64,000 nucleotides of DNA, from NCBI GenBank assembly GCA_903902855.1, contig CAIUWK010000068.1, positions 3,363 to 67,362 on the forward strand. Reading direction: 5' to 3'. The position numbers and the translations under genes are program-made. Each line of letters begins with the position of its first letter. Position 1 is the first letter of the stretch. This stretch comes from an uncultured Geobacter sp. (GTDB lineage: Bacteria; Desulfobacterota; Desulfuromonadia; Geobacterales; CAIOGM01). A model generated the notes under the pieces. It was given only the letters and a program-made list of their open reading frames with translations. It made no database searches and had not been told where the DNA came from. This document shows positions 42,364-52,121 of the stretch, one piece after another.

Positions 42364-43755
42364 ATGAACCAGTATCCCTATGTCATCACCGTCTCCTCGG
42401 AAAAGGGAGGGGTCGGCAAGACTACCCTCGCCACCAACCTGGCCGTCTATCTCAAAGCCCTGGGGGAGGACCTGCCGGTCTCCATCTTCTCCTTCGACAA
42501 CCACTTCACCGTGGACAAGATGTTCGGCTTTGCCGGACAGCCGCTCAGCGGAAACGTCGAGGATCTCCTGGCCGGCGCCCCCATCAAGGAGCTCCTCCAT
42601 ACGGGGCAGTTCGGGGTGGAATACATCCCCTCGTCGGGGCAGCTCTCCCTGCTCAAGAGCGGCATCCGCGGCGCCATGCTCCTGGCCAAGATCTTCGCCC
42701 AATCGGATCTCCCCGGCATCCTGATCATCGATACCCGACCGGAACTGGATATCCTCACCCAGAACGCCCTCTACGCCGCGGATCGGGTCATCATCCCGGT
42801 GAAGGACACCCCCAGTCTGGAAAACTGCAAGAACATCTTCGACCTCTTCGAACAGAAGGGGATGAACCGAAAAAGCCTCAGCCTGATCCCCTGCCTCATA
42901 GATTCCCGGGTCAAGTTCGAAGGGATCTTCAAGGACCAGAAGTCCCTCCTCAAGGGGTACGCCGTGAACCGCGGTTTCCGCTGTTTCGACAGTTTCATCC
43001 CCAAGAGTCCCAAGGTGGACAGCCTCAATACCAACCCCGACGGCCGGGTCTATCCGATCCTCACCAACGCCCGGGGAACCGAGGTCCACAACCAGTTTTC
43101 CCAATTTGCCCGGACCATCCTGGCTGAATATCGCGAAACCGCCGAACCCCGCTCACTCCTCTACCACCAGTGGCTCATGGAAGAAGATGAGCGGAAGCGG
43201 GCTGAGTACGAAACACGGCTCACCGGTCTCCAGAGCCATTGCCTCCTCTGCGGTGAGTCGTTCAGCCGGGATGGGGCCGACTCCCGGGGCTTCTATTTCG
43301 AGGCATCCGACGGCGGCTCCTGCGGACATCTGGATGAGCGCTGTTTTGTGAAATTTCTCCTGGCCACCGTTCACAATCTGGATCAGGAGTTCACGGAAGA
43401 CGACCCCACTTGGATCATGTTTAAAAATGCCAACCGCGAATCAGCCTTCGCCTTCCGCCCCCATGAAAACGGCGCCGGTAAGGTTGTCGAATTCAGCAGA
43501 TTCACTCTCCAGGGTGAACTCCTGAGTAAAAAGAGTTATCCTCTGAAGGAAAAGAGTGGAGGGATTTTCTCCCGGGAAAAGAACCCGCTCCATTCCCTCA
43601 TGATCGACACCCTGGAAGAGCAGGACGGCAGGTTTCGTGACGCCTTCCTCTTCATTCAACCGGTCAATCCGGAGCGACCAGAGGCGATACTCGCCGAAGA
43701 GAACTACCGCCGCTTCAGCCGGCTCAAACAACAGGTATCCGAACAGCTTTCCTGA
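42364..43755 (+). CDS. ParA/MinD-family ATPase with a ~200-aa Cys-containing C-terminal extension
   Basis: Deviant Walker A SSEKGGVGKTT. The C-terminal half (HCLLCGESF...SCGHLDERCF) is outside the ParA fold. Confidence 0.7.
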   Translation: MNQYPYVITVSSEKGGVGKTTLATNLAVYLKALGEDLPVSIFSFDNHFTVDKMFGFAGQPLSGNVEDLLAGAPIKELLHTGQFGVEYIPSSGQLSLLKSGIRGAMLLAKIFAQSDLPGILIIDTRPELDILTQNALYAADRVIIPVKDTPSLENCKNIFDLFEQKGMNRKSLSLIPCLIDSRVKFEGIFKDQKSLLKGYAVNRGFRCFDSFIPKSPKVDSLNTNPDGRVYPILTNARGTEVHNQFSQFARTILAEYRETAEPRSLLYHQWLMEEDERKRAEYETRLTGLQSHCLLCGESFSRDGADSRGFYFEASDGGSCGHLDERCFVKFLLATVHNLDQEFTEDDPTWIMFKNANRESAFAFRPHENGAGKVVEFSRFTLQGELLSKKSYPLKEKSGGIFSREKNPLHSLMIDTLEEQDGRFRDAFLFIQPVNPERPEAILAEENYRRFSRLKQQVSEQLS

Positions 43756-43790
43756 CTGTCATTTCGACCAACAAGAGAAATCTTGTAACT

Positions 43791-43815
43791 GTTAGCCTTC
43801 AGCCTTCAGTCTTAA
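43791..43815. repeat. 7-nt array TTCAGCC type
   Basis: gttagcc ttcagcc ttcagtc ttaatac. Confidence 0.8.
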
Positions 43816-43821
43816 TACGAG

Positions 43822-43864
43822 AAACGGCCTCCCCTGAATAGTGGGGGAGGCCGTTTTGCTTTTC
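43822..43864. terminator. bidirectional intrinsic terminator between the ParA-like gene and glgC
   Basis: acggcctcccc / ggggaggccgt 11-bp stem, with an A-run upstream and a T-run downstream. Confidence 0.8.
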
Positions 43865-43890
43865 ATACCGGATTATTTTTGTCGTCAGGA

Positions 43891-45123
43891 TCAGATGGAT
43901 ACCACGACGATCCCCGATTCAGTAATGGTGTACCCTCTGGCCAAGTCTTCGGCCCGATCATACCCGATTTTCGTCTCGTCCGGAATGATGATGTTCTTGT
44001 CGATGATCGCCTTTCTGATCTTCACATTCCGGCCGACGGCGACGTTTTCGAAGAGGATGGAATCCTCGATGAGGCTGTAGCTGTTGATCTTGCACAAGGG
44101 GCCGACGATGGAACGACGGACGGTGGCCCCGCTGGTGATGCAGCCGGCGCAGACATAGGAATCGATATTCTGGCCCCGCCGCTCCTTGTCGTCGAACACG
44201 GTCTTGGCCGGCGGATAGTTCCCCTGATTGGTGAGAATGGGCCATTTGTAGTTGTAGAGATTCAACTGAGGGGAGACATGGATGAGATCCATGTTGGCCT
44301 CGTAGTAGGAATCGATGGTCCCCACATCCTTCCAGTACCCCTTTTCCTCGGGTTTCATCCCGGGGATCAGGTTGTCGTTGAAGTTGTAGGCAAAGACCCG
44401 GTCATTCTTCTCCAGCATCATGGGAATCACATGCTTGCCGAAATCCAGGTCTTCATAAAGCTTCTTCCCCTCCTGCAGGATCTCGATGAGCTTTTTGGTG
44501 GAAAAGATGTAATTCCCCATGGAGGCAAAACAGGTTTCCCTTCCCGGGATAGTCTCCGGGGTGTCCGGTTTCTCGGCAAAGGCGGTGACCCGGTTGTCAT
44601 CGTTTACGGAGAAGACCCCGAACCGCCGGGCCTCGTCCACCGGCACTTCCAGAGCAGCCAGGGTGATATCCGCATTGTTGGCCCGGTGATAGTCAACCAA
44701 CTGGCTGATATCCATCCGGTAGATATGGTCCCCGCCGAAAATCGCCACGTAATCGGCATCGGTGGCTTCGATGAACCTCAGGTAGTGATAGATGGCGTCG
44801 GCAGTACCCTTGAACCACTCCTCCCGGTCACTGCTGGTCTCCGGGGTAATGGCCACAAAAAACTCCCCCAGACCGGTCCATTTACCCCACGATTCTCTGA
44901 TATGTTTCATGAGTGAGTATGACCGATACTGGGTCAGGATATAAACCTTCTTGATGCCGGAGTTGAAGAGGTTGCTCAGGACGAAATCGATAATCTTATA
45001 TTTTCCGCCGAAGGCGACGCCGGGCTTGGGCCTCTTCAGGGTCAGGGGACTGAGCCGCTCTCCCTTACCTCCAGCCAACACCATTGCAATGGTACTTCTT
45101 CCGATATTTCCCGGCGTATACAT
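43891..45123 (-). CDS. glgC: glucose-1-phosphate adenylyltransferase
   Basis: 410 aa. MVLAGGKGERLSPLT...PKPGVAFGGKYKIIDF is the GlgC signature. Confidence 0.9.
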   Translation of the reverse strand: MYTPGNIGRSTIAMVLAGGKGERLSPLTLKRPKPGVAFGGKYKIIDFVLSNLFNSGIKKVYILTQYRSYSLMKHIRESWGKWTGLGEFFVAITPETSSDREEWFKGTADAIYHYLRFIEATDADYVAIFGGDHIYRMDISQLVDYHRANNADITLAALEVPVDEARRFGVFSVNDDNRVTAFAEKPDTPETIPGRETCFASMGNYIFSTKKLIEILQEGKKLYEDLDFGKHVIPMMLEKNDRVFAYNFNDNLIPGMKPEEKGYWKDVGTIDSYYEANMDLIHVSPQLNLYNYKWPILTNQGNYPPAKTVFDDKERRGQNIDSYVCAGCITSGATVRRSIVGPLCKINSYSLIEDSILFENVAVGRNVKIRKAIIDKNIIIPDETKIGYDRAEDLARGYTITESGIVVVSI

Positions 45124-45232
45124 TTATGCTCTCCTCAATCGTTTAGTGAATTGTCTCTACTCACTTACCACATTATGAAATACACGACAAAGGGTTAATT
45201 TAGTTTTCCGTAAAATAGTTATCCCATCACGG

Positions 45233-45808
45233 CTATCTGAAGGAGGCTTCCGTGCAGGGTCCGGTGATTCCGGCATCCTTGCATGCCGCGTTCATCCGCT
45301 TTTGAATCTCATCCAGGGAGATCCCCAGGCTCTGCAGCACCTTGGCATCGGCCTTCTTCTCCCACGAATCCTGGAGCTCACCCAAGGCTGCCCGGTTGTA
45401 CTTGTGCCCCCAGACGGTGGTGTATTCATCAAAGAGCCTGCTCAATTCATCTTCACGGATCTGAACAGCTTTCTTATGGCTTTCCGCCAACTCAGCTCCT
45501 CGACGTTTTACCGGATCGGCAGGGAGCGGCGCCTTGACGACAGCACTTCCCGGGGCAACGGGAAGAGGCTTGACCAGGAGCAGGAGCCGGTCATTGGCCT
45601 TGACGGCAAATTCTGTGGCGGGATAGTTCTCGATGATAGCGTCATAGAGTTCCTTTGCCTGGACGATCTCCCCCTGCCGTTCCAGCTTTCCTGCCTTGAG
45701 ATAGAGAGCCTGGACCGATTCGCCGGGAGCCGGGGAGGCGGCCCAGAGGGGAGATGTCATGGTGCAGAGAAGAAGCGCGGCCGCAACGGGGAGAGAGCTT
45801 TTTTTCAT
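45233..45808 (-). CDS. secreted protein (191 aa), unknown
   Basis: ATG at 45808 (AAGGA SD). Signal peptide MKKSSLPVAAALLLCTMTSPLWA. Confidence 0.5.
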   Translation of the reverse strand: MKKSSLPVAAALLLCTMTSPLWAASPAPGESVQALYLKAGKLERQGEIVQAKELYDAIIENYPATEFAVKANDRLLLLVKPLPVAPGSAVVKAPLPADPVKRRGAELAESHKKAVQIREDELSRLFDEYTTVWGHKYNRAALGELQDSWEKKADAKVLQSLGISLDEIQKRMNAACKDAGITGPCTEASFR

Positions 45809-45860
45809 AATCTGATTCCTTTCCATACATGATGTCGGTTAATGAAGTGAAGGGCAAAAG

Positions 45861-46778
45861 TCAGAGTTCTCCGATATGTTCATCCACGAAAGCGGCTGCG
45901 GTGGGGACCATAGCAGAATTCTGTTGTTTTGGGAACAGTTCAGAGACGAGCATCCCCGCCATGATCAGCGCCGCGCCGGAGAAGCCGATGACCCCCAACC
46001 GTTCACCGGCGGCGTACCAGGCATAGATGGCGGCAAAGACCGGTTCGGTGCAGAAGATGAGGGCCGTGTTGGCCGGAGAGATGAACCGCTGCATGGAAGT
46101 CTGCACCAGGAAGGCAAAGACCGTGGCGCAGAGGGCACAGATGAGGAGCGCCCAGGTAATCTCCGGATGGTACTGCAACACCGCCTCCCCTCTGGCCAGG
46201 GAGAAGATGGTACTCAACAGCGCCACGGTGCCGATCTGGATGGTGGTCAGCCAGTAGATGTCGCTCCCCTCCTTCCGGGCGTAGAAGCTGGTGAGGAGCA
46301 GATGCAGCGCCACGCTGACGGCGCAGATGAGAGCCAGGATGTCGCCGCGATTGAACTGCCACGTCCCGTTGGTGCAAAGGAGGAAGAGACCGATCACGGC
46401 GCAGGTCACGGCCACCAACAGGTTCAGCGGGATCGTCTGACGGAACCAGATCAGGCCGATCAACGGGACAAAGACCACATTCATCCCGGTGAGAAAGCCG
46501 GTATTGGAGGCGGAGGTATACTGGAGCGCCACGGTCTGAAAGGCGTAGGCGGAAAAAAGGAATACCCCCATGGCCGTGCCGTGGCGGAGCGTGGCGCTTT
46601 TGAGTCTGCCACCCCGCAGCAGGGAGATGACCACCAGCAGGAGAAACGCAATCACGAACCGCTGGGCAAGAAAAACAAAGACGTCAACCCGGGCCACGGC
46701 ATCCTTGACAATGGTGAAGGTGAGTCCCCAGAAAAAAGTGGTCAAGAGAAGCATGACAAAGGCTGCAAATTTTTTCAT
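45861..46778 (-). CDS. EamA/DMT-family transporter
   Basis: ATG at 46778 gives a 305-aa protein with about 10 TM helices and a WGLTF motif. Confidence 0.75.
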   Translation of the reverse strand: MKKFAAFVMLLLTTFFWGLTFTIVKDAVARVDVFVFLAQRFVIAFLLLVVISLLRGGRLKSATLRHGTAMGVFLFSAYAFQTVALQYTSASNTGFLTGMNVVFVPLIGLIWFRQTIPLNLLVAVTCAVIGLFLLCTNGTWQFNRGDILALICAVSVALHLLLTSFYARKEGSDIYWLTTIQIGTVALLSTIFSLARGEAVLQYHPEITWALLICALCATVFAFLVQTSMQRFISPANTALIFCTEPVFAAIYAWYAAGERLGVIGFSGAALIMAGMLVSELFPKQQNSAMVPTAAAFVDEHIGEL

Positions 46779-46854
46779 ACGACTAAAGTGCCTCTTTTGA
46801 TTACAAGATCCAGCATGGTGACATGGTTTAAAGTTTATTTCAAATAAATTTGCA

Positions 46855-46867
46855 AATGGTTTAACCA
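46855..46867. promoter_or_regulatory. AATGGTTTAACCA motif upstream of the polar amino-acid ABC operon (same 13-mer as in the putA operator)
   Basis: Exact 13-nt match to 60308-60320. Lies just upstream of a TTGACA hexamer at 46872-46877. Confidence 0.45.
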
Positions 46868-46950
46868 ACAGTTGACATCTATACGTATACATACTAAAAC
46901 GCGTATCGCGTCACATGGACAGTAGTAATCACTACCAAAGGAGAAACAAC

Positions 46951-47694
46951 ATGAAGATGAAACAGGTCATTTCCTCCCTTACCCTGCTGCTGACAATGGC
47001 CGTTGCCGGCCAAGCCCTCGCCGCCCCCAAGGTCGTCAAGGTAGCCACTGACGCCACCTGGCCCCCCATGGAGATGGTGGATGCCAACAAAAACATCGTT
47101 GGTTTCGACATCGATTTCATGAAAGCGGTCGCCAAAGAGGGCGGATTTGCGGTGGAGTTCAAAAACAGCGCCTGGGACGGCATCTTCGCCGGCGTTGAGT
47201 CCGGCCAGTACGACGCCATCATCTCTTCCGTGACCATCACCGAAGAGCGGCAGAAGAAGTATGATTTCTCCCTTCCCTACCTGGATGCCGGTCAGATCCT
47301 GGTGGTTCCCAAGGGTGAAAAAGCAGGCAAGCTGGCCGAATTGGTCGGCAAGAAAGTCGGCGCTCAGATCGGCACCACCGGCGCCTTTGAAGTCAAGAAA
47401 AACAAAGGGGTCGAGTTGAAGACCTATGACGAAGTCGGGCTGGCCTTTGAGGACATGGTTGCCGGTCGTATCGGCGGCGTAGTCTGCGACGAGCCCACCG
47501 CCATCATCTACGCCCTGAAGAAGAAAGAGTATGCCGACAAGTTCAAGATCGTCGGTAAAGCCTTTACCAAAGAGGCCTACGGCATCGTGGTGAAGAAAGG
47601 GGACAAGGAACTTCTGGCCCTGATCAACAAGGGAATCAAGGCGGTCAAGGCAAAAAAACAGGACGGCGCCATGAAGGCCCAGTGGCTCAAGTAG
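46951..47694 (+). CDS. polar amino-acid ABC transporter substrate-binding protein (family 3)
   Basis: AAGGAG SD, signal peptide, and ATDATWPPMEM...GFDIDFMKAV is SBP_bac_3-like. Confidence 0.85.
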   Translation: MKMKQVISSLTLLLTMAVAGQALAAPKVVKVATDATWPPMEMVDANKNIVGFDIDFMKAVAKEGGFAVEFKNSAWDGIFAGVESGQYDAIISSVTITEERQKKYDFSLPYLDAGQILVVPKGEKAGKLAELVGKKVGAQIGTTGAFEVKKNKGVELKTYDEVGLAFEDMVAGRIGGVVCDEPTAIIYALKKKEYADKFKIVGKAFTKEAYGIVVKKGDKELLALINKGIKAVKAKKQDGAMKAQWLK

Positions 47695-47701
47695 TATCAT
47701 C

Positions 47702-48481
47702 ATGACGCAGAAACCCCATACCATTGAAGTCGGAGACGGCGCCGCCATTCCGCTGAAGAGTGACAAAGGACTCTTCACCGCCTGGCGGCTCGCCTTTGTG
47801 GGAGCCCTGGCGACCCTCACCTGGCTGGCGTTCACCCGGCCTGATCCCTACATGAAGATCATCACGTTCGTTCCCGACGGGATACTGGTGACCTTCAAGG
47901 TGACGGTGGGGGCCATCCTGCTGGCACTGATCATCGGGCTCATCACCGGTCTGGGGAGGATCTCCAGCAACCGCTTCATCAACGGCCTGGCCTCGCTCTA
48001 TGTGGAAGTCATCAGGGGTATCCCGCTCCTGGTGCAGATCTTCTACATCTATTACGCCCTGGGGAGAATTATCAAAGTCCCGGACATCCTCAGCGCCATC
48101 ATCGCCATGGCGGTCTGCTACGGCGCGTATATGGGAGAGGTCTTCCGGGCCGGCATCCAGTCCATCCCCAAGGGGCAGGCCGAGGCGGCGCTCTCTCTGG
48201 GGATGACCCGCAGTCAGACCATGTGGCACGTCATCCTCCCCCAGGCGTTCCGGGTGGTACTCCCCCCCGTGGGGAACGAGTTCATCGCCCTGCTCAAGGA
48301 CTCTTCCCTGGTCTCCATCCTGGCAGTGGCCGACCTGCTCCGGCGGGGGAGGGAGTTCGCATCGGAATCCTTTACCTACTTCGAGACCTACACGGTGATT
48401 GCCCTGATCTACCTGATCCTGACCCTGTTCTTCTCGAAAATTATCGGCATCATGGAGGAGCGGATCAATGTCGACCGGTGA
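47702..48481 (+). CDS. polar amino-acid ABC transporter permease
   Basis: 259 aa. [10 protein letters not shown]....VILPQA is the HisM/GlnP-type EAA loop. Confidence 0.85.
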   Translation: MTQKPHTIEVGDGAAIPLKSDKGLFTAWRLAFVGALATLTWLAFTRPDPYMKIITFVPDGILVTFKVTVGAILLALIIGLITGLGRISSNRFINGLASLYVEVIRGIPLLVQIFYIYYALGRIIKVPDILSAIIAMAVCYGAYMGEVFRAGIQSIPKGQAEAALSLGMTRSQTMWHVILPQAFRVVLPPVGNEFIALLKDSSLVSILAVADLLRRGREFASESFTYFETYTVIALIYLILTLFFSKIIGIMEERINVDR

Positions 48482-49214
48482 GCGTCGCACCATGGTGCAG
48501 GCCCGTGACGTGGTCAAATTTTACGGCCAGTTCAAGGCCCTTGATCGGGTCTCCCTGACGGTCTACGAAGGGGAAAAGGTCGTCATCATCGGCCCGTCGG
48601 GCTCGGGCAAGAGCACCCTCCTCCGCTCCATCAACCGGCTGGAGAATATCGACGGCGGCTCCATGGTAGTGAACGGCATGGACCTCTACGATCCGAAAAC
48701 CGACCTAACCAAGGTCCGGGAAGAGGTGGGAATGGTCTTCCAATCCTTCAACCTCTTCCCCCACCGCACCGTACTGGAAAATCTCACCATGGCGCAGACC
48801 GTGGTCAGGCGGCGACCAAAGAAAGAGGCGACGGAAAAGGCCCGGTATCTGCTGGAGAAGGTGGGACTCTCGGAAAAAGCCGACGCCTACCCCGGCAAGC
48901 TCTCCGGCGGTCAGCAGCAGCGGGTGGCCATCGCCCGCTCCCTGGCCATGGACCCCAAGCTGATGCTCTTCGACGAGCCGACCTCGGCCCTGGACCCGGA
49001 GATGATCGGCGAAGTTTTGGATGTCATGAAGGATTTGGCCCATGAAGGGATGACCATGGTGGTGGTTACCCACGAGATGGGATTTGCCCGGGAAGTGGCG
49101 GACAAGGTCATCTTCATGGATCACGGCGCCGTGGTGGAAGATGGGACCCCCGAGCATTTCTTCACCAACCCGACCCACGAGCGGGCCAAGCTGTTTTTGA
49201 GTCAGATTCTGTAA
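48468..49214 (+). CDS. polar amino-acid ABC transporter ATP-binding protein
   Basis: [34 protein letters not shown]. Confidence 0.9.
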   Translation: MSTGERRTMVQARDVVKFYGQFKALDRVSLTVYEGEKVVIIGPSGSGKSTLLRSINRLENIDGGSMVVNGMDLYDPKTDLTKVREEVGMVFQSFNLFPHRTVLENLTMAQTVVRRRPKKEATEKARYLLEKVGLSEKADAYPGKLSGGQQQRVAIARSLAMDPKLMLFDEPTSALDPEMIGEVLDVMKDLAHEGMTMVVVTHEMGFAREVADKVIFMDHGAVVEDGTPEHFFTNPTHERAKLFLSQIL

Positions 49215-49291
49215 GGGGAACGACTCCTGGACGGTTTTTTGTTATTTTCACGCGGAGTTGCTCCGCACTACATCAATGAAGGAGGTTTCAG

Positions 49292-50782
49292 ATGCAACGA
49301 GGAAAGAAACTGAAGTCGCTTATCGCAGCAGGGCTCCTCATGGCCGCCACGGCAGCCACGGCGGCGCCGGCAATGGCCGTGGAGTACAGTTTCAGCGGGA
49401 TGTTCCGCAACTACTACGACGTCTCCAACGTCAATGTGGTCCGTAACGAGGATGTTTACGGGTATATGTACCTGGACAACGGCGCCCCCACCGCCAACGT
49501 CTTCGAGACCAGGCTTCGAACCAACTTCACCATGAAATTCAGTGAAGATCTCAAACTGGTCACCCGGGAAGAGATCAACTACGGCTTCTGGGGTAACAGT
49601 TCCTACACGGCTGGTCGCTCCTCAGGTGGCGCCATCGGATCAAGGGGGGTCAACATCGAAACCAAACGTCTCTATATCGACGCCAACTTCCCTACCTATA
49701 ACCTCAACACAAAACTGGGGATGCAGCCCTTTGATGATGCCTACAAGGGGATCTTCGTCTCCGATGATATGCCCGGTTTTTCTATCAGTAACACCACAAA
49801 GAATCTGACGACCACCATCGGTGCTTACCGCTGGAATGACGGCACACTCTCTACAAAACCAAACACAGCCTACGGGAAGATGACCAAGGATCTCATCTCC
49901 CTGGATGGTAAATACGAAATCAACAAAGATGTCAAGGTCGGTGCTGCCTACTACTTTATGAGCAGCGACAACATCACTGGAACGTTACCGGATGGCACTG
50001 CGACACTTCCGAACTGGAACAATATTTACGGACTCTATAACGGTAATGAAAACATTACACTGCATATGTTCGGGATCAATGGCGAAGCGACTATGGGCCC
50101 ACTTACCCTGGACGGTTTTTTTGTCTATCAGTGCGGCAGTAACTACCTGAACAAACAGCATGTGAGCGCCTTCGCCACCAACGTAGGGGGACGGATGAAA
50201 ATCGGCCCAGGAACACTCCGTTCCGAATTCCTCTTCGTCTCCGGCGGCGGAAATCCTAATACCCCTTCCAGCAGCAACGACAACGGCTTCATCGACACCG
50301 GTATCTACAACGGTTTCTACAACAATGAAATGGTCATCCTTGGCCGCGACAAGTATGCCCAGATCAATGACAATGCCATCGTCTACAACGTGAACAACTT
50401 CAACCAAGGGGTCATCTTCGGCTCCTTCGGCTACGATCTCCCCATCACCGAAAAGTTCAAGGGGAGCGCGAACATGGGCTTTGCCGCCGTTGCCAAGGAT
50501 TGGGGCGCACCGCTTATCGGTAATTCAACGACTAATGACCCCACGAACGGTTCCTATGGTTATAAAGTTAACGGTCCCCTTGCCGGCGGAAAACATCACA
50601 GCAATTACCTTGGCACCGAGATCAATGCCGAGGTCGACTACCTGCTCTTCCCGCAGCTCGAAATTGGGCTTCGCGGCGGCTATGTCTTCCTGGGCGACTA
50701 CTTCAAAGGGACTGCCAGCAACAATACGGCTGACCCTGACAACCCCTTCGCCATGAAAGTCATCGCAACCCTGACGTTCTGA
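49292..50782 (+). CDS. outer-membrane porin-like beta-barrel protein
   Basis: Signal peptide ending AMA. Alternating aromatic/Gly-rich strands. C-terminal ...IATLTF ends in Phe. Confidence 0.55.
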   Translation: MQRGKKLKSLIAAGLLMAATAATAAPAMAVEYSFSGMFRNYYDVSNVNVVRNEDVYGYMYLDNGAPTANVFETRLRTNFTMKFSEDLKLVTREEINYGFWGNSSYTAGRSSGGAIGSRGVNIETKRLYIDANFPTYNLNTKLGMQPFDDAYKGIFVSDDMPGFSISNTTKNLTTTIGAYRWNDGTLSTKPNTAYGKMTKDLISLDGKYEINKDVKVGAAYYFMSSDNITGTLPDGTATLPNWNNIYGLYNGNENITLHMFGINGEATMGPLTLDGFFVYQCGSNYLNKQHVSAFATNVGGRMKIGPGTLRSEFLFVSGGGNPNTPSSSNDNGFIDTGIYNGFYNNEMVILGRDKYAQINDNAIVYNVNNFNQGVIFGSFGYDLPITEKFKGSANMGFAAVAKDWGAPLIGNSTTNDPTNGSYGYKVNGPLAGGKHHSNYLGTEINAEVDYLLFPQLEIGLRGGYVFLGDYFKGTASNNTADPDNPFAMKVIATLTF

Positions 50783-50792
50783 TCCAAACATC

Positions 50793-50826
50793 GTAGAGAC
50801 GCAAGATTTTGCGTCTCTACTTTTTT
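50793..50826 (+). terminator. intrinsic terminator after the porin gene
   Basis: gtagagacgca / tgcgtctctac 11-bp stem, 6-nt loop, then TTTTTT. Confidence 0.85.
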
Positions 50827-50865
50827 ATCACCCACAGAGAAAAACAACCAACAAGGAGACAACGG

Positions 50866-52053
50866 ATGAATTTCAAGAAAACGACGACGCTGCTGCTGAC
50901 CGGCATGCTGGCCCTCTCCATGACCGCCGGCTGCAAGAAGAAGGAAGAAGGGGCTCCGGCTGAAGCACCCAAGGCCGCCGCCGATACCATCAAGATCGGC
51001 TTTCTGGGAGCACTCACCGGTGACGTGGCCATGTTCGGCAAGCCGACCCTGGAAGGGATGAAGATGGCCGCCGAAGAGCTCAACGCCGCCGGCGGTCTGT
51101 TGGGCAAGAAGATCGAAATCATCGAGGCTGACGATCGTGGCGACAAGCAGGAAGGGGCCTCGGTAACCCAGAAGCTCATCAGCCGCGACAACGTCATCGC
51201 CATCGTCGGTGACCCCACCACCGGCATCACCAAAGTGGCGGCTCCCATCGCCCAGAAGGCACAGGTGGTCCTTCTCTCCGCCGGCGCCACCGGCCCCGGC
51301 GTCGTGGAAAACGGCGACTTCATCTTCCGCGATACCCTCCTTGACAGCGTGGCCATCCCGGCCTGCATCGACTTTTTCGCCAAGGATATGGGCTACAAGA
51401 AGGTTGCGGTCATCACCTCCGACAACAACGATTACAGCGTCGGCCTCTCCCAGACCTTCCTGGCCGCCGCCAAGACCAAGGGGATTCAGATCGTAGCCGA
51501 CGAAAAAGTAAAAGACGGCGACAAGGACTTCAGCGCCCAGCTCACCAACATCAAGGCCAAGAAACCTGATGTTATCTTCTTCTCCGGTTACTACACCGAA
51601 GCCGCCCTGATCATGAAGGAAGCCCGCAAGCAGGGGCTCAAGGCCAACATGTTCGGCGGAGACGGACTCTACTCTCCCAAACTCATCGAACTGGGTGGCA
51701 CCGCCGTGGAAGGGGCCATGTCCGCTCTCGGCTTCTCCCCCGAGCAGGCTACCCCGGTAACCGCCAAGTTCGTGGAAGCGTTCAAGAAAAAGTTCAGCGG
51801 CGCAGAGCCGGGACTCTTCGATGCCCAGGGGTATGACGCCATCATGTTGCTGGCCGATGCCATGAAACGCGCCAACAGCGCCGACCCCAAGGTTTTCAAG
51901 ACTGCCCTGGCCCAGACCAAGAAATTTGAAGGGGTTTCCGGGACCATCAGCATGCAGGCGAACCGCGAGCCGATCAAATCCCCCCTGGCCCTGCTGGAAG
52001 TCAAAGGTGGCAAGTTCACCCTGAAGGCCAAGGTTCCGGTAAAGATCGACTAA
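50866..52053 (+). CDS. branched-chain amino-acid ABC substrate-binding lipoprotein (LivK-like)
   Basis: ATG at 50866, lipobox MTAG-C. IKIGFLGALTGDVAMFG...GDPTTG is Peripla_BP_6-like. Confidence 0.85.
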   Translation: MNFKKTTTLLLTGMLALSMTAGCKKKEEGAPAEAPKAAADTIKIGFLGALTGDVAMFGKPTLEGMKMAAEELNAAGGLLGKKIEIIEADDRGDKQEGASVTQKLISRDNVIAIVGDPTTGITKVAAPIAQKAQVVLLSAGATGPGVVENGDFIFRDTLLDSVAIPACIDFFAKDMGYKKVAVITSDNNDYSVGLSQTFLAAAKTKGIQIVADEKVKDGDKDFSAQLTNIKAKKPDVIFFSGYYTEAALIMKEARKQGLKANMFGGDGLYSPKLIELGGTAVEGAMSALGFSPEQATPVTAKFVEAFKKKFSGAEPGLFDAQGYDAIMLLADAMKRANSADPKVFKTALAQTKKFEGVSGTISMQANREPIKSPLALLEVKGGKFTLKAKVPVKID

Positions 52054-52080
52054 TCGAACAGCTGCCCCCCCTCACCCTAA

Positions 52081-52103
52081 CCCTCCCCCACCAAGGGGGA
52101 GGG
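52081..52103 (+). terminator. hairpin after the LivK-like gene
   Basis: ccctccccc-accaa-gggggaggg 9-bp stem. Weak T-tract. Confidence 0.45.
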
Positions 52104-52121
52104 AACTTTGTAACGTAACTA

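Noticed and set aside
42322-44916. Minus-strand 260-aa ORF (42322-43104) and plus-strand 345-aa ORF (43879-44916)
   Set aside because: They are antisense to the ParA-like gene and glgC respectively. Both have skewed G/D/V/E composition and no SD.
46894-48517. Minus-strand ORFs 46894-47835 and 47687-48517
   Set aside because: They are antisense to the amino-acid ABC binding-protein and permease genes, which have clear signatures.
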